DNA from: Promethearchaeota archaeon
Lineage (GTDB): Archaea; Asgardarchaeota; Heimdallarchaeia; Hodarchaeales; Hodarchaeaceae
Assembly: GCA_048938105.1 (NCBI GenBank)
Contig: JBHLMN010000006.1
Location: 192,001-256,000, forward strand
DNA length: 64,000 nucleotides
Reading direction: 5' to 3'
The position numbers were made by a program, and so were the translations under genes. Shown one piece after another: positions 56,703 to 64,000 of this stretch; the first letter of the stretch is position 1, and each line of letters opens with the position of its first letter. The notes beneath the pieces were generated by a model. That model did no database searches and was not told the origin of the DNA. It was given only the letters and a program-made list of their open reading frames with translations.

Positions 56703-56748
56703 TAAAAAAAAGGGAATAATCTAATAATGACTTTTATGTCATTATTAG
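56703..56748 (-). terminator. Perfect hairpin plus U-tract ending the prx-ftn-sor unit
   Basis: CTAATAATGAC-6 nt-GTCATTATTAG (56721-56748) overlaps the sor stop and is followed on the minus strand by CCC and T8. Confidence 0.6.
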
Positions 56749-57101
56749 AGAGAGAGGGGTTGCTCACTTCTCCAAAAGCCGTGGATATTGCAGAAAGAGA
56801 ACGCAATTAATGTTCCAGGTTTACTGGTCTTAATGGAAAATAATCCTTTGGGTTCCGTCTGGCCAGCGTCACCGTGCGAACTAAATTCAATCTTCCCAAT
56901 TTCAACTGGAAATTTCTCCCCTTCTGGGTGGAATACTAGCTGAATCCATCGAATGTGATGTTCAACCGTATTCGGATGTTCAATTTCTTTTCCCACACTA
57001 ACTTCCACCAAAACTGGGTCTTTACTCTTCACCTCAATGACTGGAGCGTGTTTCTCCTTCTTCCAATCCGCTGACTGGAAAAATTCGTTATAATCTACCA
57101 T
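56745..57101 (-). CDS. sor: Superoxide reductase (neelaredoxin, 1Fe-SOR)
   Basis: KEKHAP, HPNTVEHHIRWI, CNIHG. Confidence 0.95.
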   Translation of the reverse strand: MVDYNEFFQSADWKKEKHAPVIEVKSKDPVLVEVSVGKEIEHPNTVEHHIRWIQLVFHPEGEKFPVEIGKIEFSSHGDAGQTEPKGLFSIKTSKPGTLIAFSFCNIHGFWRSEQPLSL

Positions 57102-57158
57102 ATTTCACACCTTTATAACTGTTATTCTCGTTTTATATCCATTTATTTTCTGAGGAAC

Positions 57159-57644
57159 CTAATCTTCGCCTCTCACAGTATGTTGATCAAAGAGTATGTC
57201 ATTTTTAAAAGCAGCTTGCCTTTCCACCATTTCAGAGGCGTTAGATTCTTCCTCGATCTGTTCGGTAACAAACCACTGCAGTAATTCTCTAGGATTGTAG
57301 TCTTTCAACTCTTCAGCAAGAGTCACCAGCTCATGAATTTTCCCTGTTATGTATTGTTCGTGTGCATAACCTGTTTCTACAATTTCTTTCACAGAGGCCC
57401 AATCAGATTTGGGTTCAGGGATTGCTGGGATTTTAGCTGTTCCGCCGACATCAATGATATAGTTGATAAACTTGTAAGCATGAGCTAGTTCTTCGCTGTA
57501 TTGGGCCCAGTACCAACTGGACAGTTTATTAAATGAATGTTCTTTCAACCAAATACTCATACTCAAGTAAATGTATGCAGAATTAAGTTCTTCTCCAATT
57601 TGTTTATTTAGAGCTTCATTGAATTTTTCGTTAATTAAAACCAT
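57159..57644 (-). CDS. ftn: Non-heme ferritin
   Basis: LNKQIGEELNSAYIYLSM, EELAHA, HEQYIT, LQWFVTEQIEEE. Confidence 0.92.
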   Translation of the reverse strand: MVLINEKFNEALNKQIGEELNSAYIYLSMSIWLKEHSFNKLSSWYWAQYSEELAHAYKFINYIIDVGGTAKIPAIPEPKSDWASVKEIVETGYAHEQYITGKIHELVTLAEELKDYNPRELLQWFVTEQIEEESNASEMVERQAAFKNDILFDQHTVRGED

Positions 57645-57726
57645 TTTTTTTCCTCTTTACTCGTTATTAGATTATTTTTTTCAAGACTTAATATAGAATT
57701 AGGTAATGAAATCGAATCTCAAGATA

Positions 57727-58404
57727 TTAGAGTTTCTTATGGCATAACCACCAGTCAAAACATTCAAACTCGCCTGTTTTAGCTTTTACAAGACGATCTT
57801 CCGCGGTTTTCACATCAGAAGCAGGTGGGACGATAACTCGGTCTTTGAGATCGAGACTTGTGTTATTAGGCCAATCAGCGGGCATAGCTACTTTGTGTTT
57901 ATCAGACACTTGGATAGCTTTTACCATTCGGAGTAGTTCATCAAAATTTCTACCCAATTCTGGGGGATAATAGATGATTGTCCTAACGATCCCCTTGGGA
58001 TCAATGAGAAAAACAGCTCGGACTGTACTACTTCCTTTTGATGGGTGCACCATTCCATACAAAGCACCAATCTCACCGTGGTCTGCAATGATTGGAAACT
58101 TTATTTCAACGTTTAATTTCTCTTTTATCCACTCAACCCACTTAATGTGACTGAACACTTGATCGATGGAAAGTCCAATCAATTCTGTATTTAAAGCTTT
58201 GAATTCATCGAATTTCTTTTGAAATGCTACAAATTCAGTAGTACAAACAGGCGTAAAATCTGCTGGATGGGAAAATAAAATCACCCATTTTCCCTCATAA
58301 TCCTTTGGGAAATTTACTGTACCATGGGTTGTTTTGGCCTCAAATTCAGGTGCGGGATCACCTATTAAAGGTAAAAAATATTCTTCTTCGCTCATTGTTT
58401 TCAC
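57727..58404 (-). CDS. Peroxiredoxin, Prx6 family (archaeal type)
   Basis: [23 protein letters not shown]-terminal CFDWWLC. Confidence 0.95.
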   Translation of the reverse strand: MKTMSEEEYFLPLIGDPAPEFEAKTTHGTVNFPKDYEGKWVILFSHPADFTPVCTTEFVAFQKKFDEFKALNTELIGLSIDQVFSHIKWVEWIKEKLNVEIKFPIIADHGEIGALYGMVHPSKGSSTVRAVFLIDPKGIVRTIIYYPPELGRNFDELLRMVKAIQVSDKHKVAMPADWPNNTSLDLKDRVIVPPASDVKTAEDRLVKAKTGEFECFDWWLCHKKL

Positions 58405-58535
58405 TCCGCTTGTTTTTTTAGGAATTAATTTTCCAACACTCTGGCAATGTAAAATTTTATTTTATATTTAGGTTCGAAAAATTAACCGGTTGTATATAAA
58501 AAAGGACTTTGATTAATCTAAAAACATCTTAATTA

Positions 58536-58547
58536 AAGTTCGAACTT
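58536..58547. promoter_or_regulatory. Perfect palindrome AAGTTCGAACTT, candidate LrpA operator
   Basis: About 50 bp upstream of lrpA; a second GTTCGAA core lies near 58472 in the same divergent spacer. Confidence 0.4.
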
Positions 58548-58597
58548 AAATTTCAGGATGATATAAAGAACAAAATTTCTTTGGGATTGAGGCTAAA

Positions 58598-59017
58598 TTG
58601 GTCTTTACGGATGATGAATTATTAACCGCGTTACAGATTAACTCTAATATTTCATATGTGGAGTTAAGTAAGAAATTCAAAGTATCAGATGTTTCAGTAA
58701 GAAAAAGAGTGCATAAGCTGAAAAAAGAAGGAATAATCAAACGATATACTATAGAAATCGACCAAAGAAAACTGGGTTTTGAATTGACTGCATTTATCGG
58801 GTTTGATGTCGAGGCCGAATCTTACATTTCAATCATAAATGAAATAAAGGGCTGGAAACAAGTACAAAGTATTTTTCAAACTAGTCTTGACCATGATTTT
58901 CTGATGGAGTGTTGGTTTCGAAATAATGATGATCTTACAACATTTATCAAAAAGTTAGAGAATTTTGATGGGGTAACTAAAGTCTGTCCTGCAACAGTTA
59001 TTCAAAGAATAAAGTGA
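58598..59017 (+). CDS. lrpA: Lrp/AsnC transcriptional regulator, LrpA type
   Basis: N-terminal HTH (SVRKRVHKLKKEGII), DHDFLME, C-terminal GVTKVCPA as recalled for Pyrococcus LrpA. Confidence 0.85.
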   Translation: MVFTDDELLTALQINSNISYVELSKKFKVSDVSVRKRVHKLKKEGIIKRYTIEIDQRKLGFELTAFIGFDVEAESYISIINEIKGWKQVQSIFQTSLDHDFLMECWFRNNDDLTTFIKKLENFDGVTKVCPATVIQRIK

Positions 59018-59182
59018 TTTCAATTTTTCTTCTTTCGCTATAAAGCGTGAAACTTTGGCCGTAATTTTATTATCTAACGGTATTTAGTATTGTAAATGTA
59101 TAGATTTTGATAAAAACAAAGAACTATTTAAGAATAATTTAAGGAAAAATACCAGTGACCTTTTTGTAGAGGAGTTTTAACT

Positions 59183-59659
59183 ATGAATACACAAGAAAGA
59201 GTTGAATTTTATAAAAAACAGATTCTATTAGAGGAGAAAATTGTAGAGATTGCAAATACCTCCATTAAAGATGTTCCAAATGTTATGGTAAAAGAACTGA
59301 TTTTAGGTATTGCAATGGATTCTAATAAACATGCTTCTTTGTTAAATGCACTTATTGCTTTGAACACAGGAAGTACACCCCTAATCCCAGAAGAGACTAC
59401 AGACCAATTAAAAGAAAACATTTCAAAGCATATTGAGTTGGAACAACAAGCGATCGATACTTACAAAGCATTTTGGAAGGAATTGAAGGATGAGAAAGAA
59501 AAAGTTGTTATTAAAGCAATTTTAAATGATGAAATTCGTCATCACCAATTACTAAAACGCCTTCATGAAATGATAGTCGAAAAAGAGAAACTTACCGAAC
59601 AAGATATCTGGGATTGGACTTGGAAAGATTCACTGTTCCACGGATCACCTGGAGGATAG
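59183..59659 (+). CDS. Ferritin-like (rubrerythrin-fold) diiron protein
   Basis: DSNKH, HIELE, DEIRHH; paralog of 30748..31215. Confidence 0.75.
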   Translation: MNTQERVEFYKKQILLEEKIVEIANTSIKDVPNVMVKELILGIAMDSNKHASLLNALIALNTGSTPLIPEETTDQLKENISKHIELEQQAIDTYKAFWKELKDEKEKVVIKAILNDEIRHHQLLKRLHEMIVEKEKLTEQDIWDWTWKDSLFHGSPGG

Positions 59660-59734
59660 AGTAATAACACTAATATCAAGAAATATTTGATCGAGAGCTA
59701 GTAAAATTAAGTTTAAGTTCAGAGTCGAGGTTTA

Positions 59735-60907
59735 ATGATCGATTTTAGTTTATCAGATGACCAGAAAAAACTCCAATTAAAGGCTCGAGAATTCGCTATT
59801 AAGGAGATCATACCAGTATCAAGAAAATATGATCAAACAGGGGAGTTTCCTCACGAAGTTCTCCAAAAAGCCTTTAAGCAAGGATTAATGAATACGATTT
59901 TTCCCCAAAAAATCGGAGGACCTGGGTTAGGGATCCTAGACACCTGTTTAATAGTAGAAGAAACCGCTGCAGCAGACCCTGGTATTACCACCAGCCTATT
60001 TGATAATTGTTTAGGAGCTGAACCCATCTTAATTGGAGGGACTGAGGAGCAGATTGATCAGTTTCTTAAACCATTAACTAAAGAACTAAAATTCATTGCG
60101 TTTGCCACCAGCGAACCAGGAGTAGGAAGTGATGTCGCGGGCTTAACTACAACTGCTCGTTTGGAAAAAGATGAGATTGTATTAAATGGTCGAAAAATGT
60201 GGGTTACTAATGGAGGAGTGGCTTCTCTACTCAGCACTTTTTGTCGTTTGGAAGGGACAAAGAGACATGAAGGCATTACTGGCGTTGTTGTACCTATGGA
60301 TATCGAGGGAGTGAAAATTGGAAAACCTATTCCGAAAATGGGCCATAAAGCTTCAAATACAGTGATGGTTCGGTTTGATGAAGTACATATTCCTGCAGAA
60401 AACATCCTTGGGGAACCAGGAAAGGGGTTCTCAATAGCAATGCATACATTTTCGCGTACACGTCCAACAATAGGGGCATTTGCCTGCGGAATGGCGAGAG
60501 CAAGTATGGAATATGCGATTGCATATGCAAAACGTAGAAAAGCCTTTGAAACAGAAATTGCCAACTTTCAAGCTATTCAATTCCTGATTGCCGAGATGAA
60601 AATGAATGTAGACGCGGCTCGTTTACTGACATGGAAAGCCGCTTGGGAAGCAGATCAAGGCCGTGATAATACTATTTCAGCAAGTATCGCTAAAGCTTTT
60701 GCCACTGATTATGGGATGAAAACAGCGTCTGATGCTCTCCAAATCTTCGGAGGATACGGTTACACAACAAACTACCTCATAGAGAAATTGTTCAGGGATG
60801 CAAAGCTTTACCAAATATACGAAGGAACTTCTCAAATTCAAAGGATGGTTATTGGTCGCTACCTACTTACAAAATATAATCCGATTTTTGATAAGACATT
60901 CACCTAG
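59735..60907 (+). CDS. Acyl-CoA dehydrogenase
   Basis: ATSEPGVGSD, NGRKMWVTNG, QIFGGYGY, FRDAKLYQIYEGTSQIQ. Confidence 0.93.
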   Translation: MIDFSLSDDQKKLQLKAREFAIKEIIPVSRKYDQTGEFPHEVLQKAFKQGLMNTIFPQKIGGPGLGILDTCLIVEETAAADPGITTSLFDNCLGAEPILIGGTEEQIDQFLKPLTKELKFIAFATSEPGVGSDVAGLTTTARLEKDEIVLNGRKMWVTNGGVASLLSTFCRLEGTKRHEGITGVVVPMDIEGVKIGKPIPKMGHKASNTVMVRFDEVHIPAENILGEPGKGFSIAMHTFSRTRPTIGAFACGMARASMEYAIAYAKRRKAFETEIANFQAIQFLIAEMKMNVDAARLLTWKAAWEADQGRDNTISASIAKAFATDYGMKTASDALQIFGGYGYTTNYLIEKLFRDAKLYQIYEGTSQIQRMVIGRYLLTKYNPIFDKTFT

Positions 60908-60918
60908 GAGCCAATTTA

Positions 60919-62004
60919 ATGACATTAGCTTTTGAACAATTAAATCCACACGCGTGCTTATCTTATTTAGTAAAAAAGGAAGGATCAAATGAGTCTATCC
61001 TAATTGATCCCGTCTTAGACCATGTTGATGATTACCTCGAGATGTTAAAAGATCAAAATTTAAGATTAACACATATCATTGAGACACATACTCATGCAGA
61101 TCATATTTCGGGTGCGGCAGCAATCAAAGATCGTACAGATTGCAAGATAATAATGCACAAAAATGCACCTGCTAGGTGTGTAGATATTCATGTAGAGGAA
61201 GGAGAGGAGCTAGATCTCCTAGGAAGTCCAATTAAAGTTATTTATACCCCTGGACACACTCAAGATTCGATATCTTTAATTTTCGAAGAATCGAATCGAA
61301 TTTTCACTGGTGATGCATTATTTTTAGATGAAGGTGGAGCAGGGAGGGATGATTTACCAGGAGGAGATCCTGCTAAACATTACGACAGTATTCAGAAGTT
61401 TTTAAGCCTCCCCAACCATTTTATTGTATTCCCTGCTCATGAATATCGTGGCCGTCAACCATCCACGCTTGCTAAGCAAAAAACTAGCAATCCACATCTC
61501 AAACCACGAACCCGAGAGGAATTTGTTCATTATCTTGAAGATTTGAAACTTGGGCCTGCAGATTGGATGCGTGATGTTCTTAAGTCAAATTATGCATGTG
61601 CTCGTGATCCAGGAGGCATTTGGATACCTGTTGACTCACCTGCGTGTGAAGTAAAAGGTACTCTAGAAATAGGTGTTAATGAACAGGTTGTTTCTTCAAT
61701 TTCAGTCCAAGAACTAAAGAATCGCTTAAATACTCAACAAATACCTTTGATGATTGATGTACGAGAAGAAGATGAATTAAAAGGGCCACTTGGCCAACTT
61801 AAGGATATTAAACACATCCCATTAGCTCAATTAATTTCTAATCTTGAGAAATTATCCAGTCTAAAGGATCAAGAAATTATTATAGTTTGTAGAAGTGGAG
61901 CCAGAGCTCATACAGCAGCGCAAATTATGCAGATGAAAGATTTCTCTAAAGTGTTTGTTTTGGAGGGGGGTATGAAAGCTTGGAGAGATTTTGCAGCTAG
62001 TTAG
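60919..62004 (+). CDS. MBL-fold persulfide dioxygenase-like protein fused to rhodanese
   Basis: ETHTHADHISG, TPGHT, FTGDALF, PAHEY; rhodanese IDVRE and CRSGAR. Confidence 0.88.
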   Translation: MTLAFEQLNPHACLSYLVKKEGSNESILIDPVLDHVDDYLEMLKDQNLRLTHIIETHTHADHISGAAAIKDRTDCKIIMHKNAPARCVDIHVEEGEELDLLGSPIKVIYTPGHTQDSISLIFEESNRIFTGDALFLDEGGAGRDDLPGGDPAKHYDSIQKFLSLPNHFIVFPAHEYRGRQPSTLAKQKTSNPHLKPRTREEFVHYLEDLKLGPADWMRDVLKSNYACARDPGGIWIPVDSPACEVKGTLEIGVNEQVVSSISVQELKNRLNTQQIPLMIDVREEDELKGPLGQLKDIKHIPLAQLISNLEKLSSLKDQEIIIVCRSGARAHTAAQIMQMKDFSKVFVLEGGMKAWRDFAAS

Positions 62005-62027
62005 TTCCATCGAAGAGTGAATATCTT

Positions 62028-62987
62028 ATGAATGATAGAAAGAAATATCCCACTGAAGAGGTTGAACCAGAGAATTTTTTAGATAATGATGAGGTTATGA
62101 AACTTTTAGAGAATCGTAAAAGCTATAAATTCAAACAAGAGGATTATCTAAAATTATTGAATTGTGTACATTGTAATGCTTGTGGAACCTCAGAGGAGAG
62201 ATGTCAGCTAAATCAAAAATTTTTAGAAGATGGAAATGAAATTAAGGGCCTTGCTGAAATGATTATTAGTTTCGAAAAGTATGGTACTCCATATTCAACT
62301 AATAAAATGCGAATCAGAAAGCCTGAAGGTATTCCTGAAGAAAGTAAGACCCTTTATTATATGGGGTGTTTATCGACCATTAGAGTTCCTCGCTATACTG
62401 AAAATTCTTTGAAATATCTCCTACAACAGAATATTGACTTTACTATCTTAGATAAAGAAATATGCTGTGGGTATCCGTTATATGTATCTGGTGCATTTGA
62501 TGAATATGAGAAATGCAAAAAAGAGAATGTAGAAATATTCAAAGACTACGAGAAAATCATTTGCGCTTGTCCTGCCTGCTACTATGTGTTTAAAGCCCAC
62601 TATCAAGAAGATGTTGATGCAGAAATATCATTTGTAGTAGATTATTTAAAGCCAACAGACACGAAAAAAACGGGTCAAATTGCTGTTCAACACCTCTGTC
62701 AATTAATGAATCGTGGACGCCCTGAAGTTACAAAGTTTGTCAATGATGTTCTTCATGAATCGGGCTATGAGGTTCTTGATGTTCCTCATTGGTGTTGTGG
62801 AGGTGGGATTGGATACATGCATAGGCTAGACATTATTGACAAAATAGCGATGAAAAGGATGAGTGATTTCAAGGAAGGAGATTATAGCACCACGTATTGC
62901 GTTTCGTGTTGGTGGATTCTCTCCCACTTTGGTAGAAAGTATAAGATCACACCAAAACCCAAAGATATTTTTGCATTATTAATGTAA
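62028..62987 (+). CDS. Fe-S oxidoreductase with two CCG domains (HdrD/GlpC-like)
   Basis: CVHCNACG, YMGC, ICCG, CACPAC, HLC, WCCGGG, YCVSC. Confidence 0.8.
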   Translation: MNDRKKYPTEEVEPENFLDNDEVMKLLENRKSYKFKQEDYLKLLNCVHCNACGTSEERCQLNQKFLEDGNEIKGLAEMIISFEKYGTPYSTNKMRIRKPEGIPEESKTLYYMGCLSTIRVPRYTENSLKYLLQQNIDFTILDKEICCGYPLYVSGAFDEYEKCKKENVEIFKDYEKIICACPACYYVFKAHYQEDVDAEISFVVDYLKPTDTKKTGQIAVQHLCQLMNRGRPEVTKFVNDVLHESGYEVLDVPHWCCGGGIGYMHRLDIIDKIAMKRMSDFKEGDYSTTYCVSCWWILSHFGRKYKITPKPKDIFALLM

Positions 62988-63079
62988 CTTTTCCCATTTC
63001 TGCCTTTAAAGAGGAGCCATCTTTTTAAGCAGAAGTAGATTTCAATTTTGGGTGTATATTAACGAAGGGCGTAAAAATT

Positions 63080-63361
63080 ATGTTTGGACAGGTACCTATT
63101 AATCTTGAAAAAATAAGTAAAGAACATATGAACATGGAAATATTACGGATAGCTCTAATTGCTGAATTGGATGCTATAAACCTTTATGAACAAATGGCAG
63201 CTTATACTGACGATGGTAATATAAAGAAGGTTCTTCTAGAAGTAGCTAAGGAAGAGAAAGAACATGTTGGAGAATTCCAGACTCTCCTCCTAGGACTAGA
63301 CAAGGAACTGGTAGAAGAGATGGAAGAAGGGAAAAAAGAAGTTGAAGAATTGACTGGGTAA
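63080..63361 (+). CDS. Small ferritin-like protein (encapsulin-associated Flp type)
   Basis: IAELDAINLYEQMA, EEKEHVGEF, EGKKEVEEL. Confidence 0.85.
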   Translation: MFGQVPINLEKISKEHMNMEILRIALIAELDAINLYEQMAAYTDDGNIKKVLLEVAKEEKEHVGEFQTLLLGLDKELVEEMEEGKKEVEELTG

Positions 63362-63411
63362 TTAAAAGAATCATCCTTATGTGAATTGTTGAAGTAAAGA
63401 CACCATTTACT

Positions 63412-63996
63412 TTAATTTTCACGCTGTTTCATACATAAAAAAAACCCTAAATCTTTCAGAAATTTATATTCTTTGAGAATTAAAAAACCAGCATCAGCAA
63501 GACCTTGATTGAACTCATTCCAAGTGAAATAAGCTTTCCTAGGATGGAACACCTTTAGATACCTCTCGAACCAGCTTAATGACCTACTGTTAATTTCATT
63601 TATCAGTAATAATCCTTTTGGTTTTAGAACCCTGTTGATTTCTTTTAATCCATCTTGCCACCCTTCAACATGGTGAAGTACAGTAAAAACAAAGACCATA
63701 TCAAATTTTTTTGAGGGCAGGTTGATTTCTTTAACATCCCCTATAAAGACCTTAACTGGGAGGTTTTTCTTTTTTACTTTAGCAGTTGATAATAACACCA
63801 TTTTTAGACTTATATCGAACGCAAAGTACTCTTTAGGCTTAAAACTTCTATAAATAGGTTCTATTCCGTATCCAGCTCCACATCCTACTTCCAAGATATT
63901 CTTCCCTATTAAATCAAAATTACAAGACTTTATAAAGAATTTAAAAACTTTTAATTCAAGAAAGGAGAGCATTAGCTTCTTAATTGGGCTAACCAT
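63412..63996 (-). CDS. Class I SAM-dependent methyltransferase
   Basis: ILEVGCGAG, FDMV, LHHV, RVLKPKG. The start lies at the window edge. Confidence 0.88.
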   Translation of the reverse strand: MVSPIKKLMLSFLELKVFKFFIKSCNFDLIGKNILEVGCGAGYGIEPIYRSFKPKEYFAFDISLKMVLLSTAKVKKKNLPVKVFIGDVKEINLPSKKFDMVFVFTVLHHVEGWQDGLKEINRVLKPKGLLLINEINSRSLSWFERYLKVFHPRKAYFTWNEFNQGLADAGFLILKEYKFLKDLGFFLCMKQREN

Positions 63997-64000
63997 TAAT

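Noticed and set aside
58468-58550. GGTTCGAA as a tRNA T-loop
   Set aside because: No cloverleaf stems; the context is very AT-rich
59140-59170. CAGTGA upstream of the ferritin-like gene (and CAGTGT after the 39933 gene) as iron-responsive elements
   Set aside because: The flanks do not form the 5-bp upper stem and bulged C of an IRE

Overview
An AT-rich (roughly one-third GC by eye), gene-dense archaeal window. It is most consistent with an Asgard archaeon, probably Heimdallarchaeia/Hodarchaeales-like. This is inferred from longin- and uDENN-like proteins, archaeal DPSL, LrpA, HdrA-MvhD, a chemoreceptor and GGTGA/GGAGG ribosome-binding sites. Left part (~1-38 kb): a central-carbon supercluster with nearly the whole TCA/reverse-TCA cycle (sucCD, two-subunit fumarase, sdhDCAB, ATP-citrate lyase aclBA, icd, a small aconitase, and korDAB directly followed by an hdrA-mvhD fusion). 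It has no malate dehydrogenase or citrate synthase. It does carry a LarA-family racemase, two tandem FAD/Fe-S D-2-hydroxyacid dehydrogenase paralogs and a fused GctAB-type CoA-transferase. A beta-galactosidase/permease segment and a chemoreceptor interrupt the cluster. Right part (~39.9-63.4 kb): a dense iron/oxidative-stress island (two DPSL-type proteins, Fur/PerR, rubrerythrin, rubredoxin, superoxide reductase, ferritin, Prx6, other ferritin-like proteins, nitroreductase, persulfide dioxygenase-rhodanese). It also contains a second aconitase (AcnA/IRP type) and a second 2-oxoacid:ferredoxin oxidoreductase. The most novel-looking element is a three-gene unit: a Cys-rich longin-domain protein, a longin-peroxiredoxin (BCP) fusion, and a CxxC-less TrxB-fold ferredoxin-NADP reductase. 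This could be a redox-sensing system built on a eukaryotic-signature domain. Two genes missing from the ORF track (Fur/PerR and rubredoxin) were recovered by hand, and two genes appear to use non-canonical ATT/ATA starts. No rRNA, tRNA, CRISPR array or transposase was seen. All calls come from motif reading without database searches.
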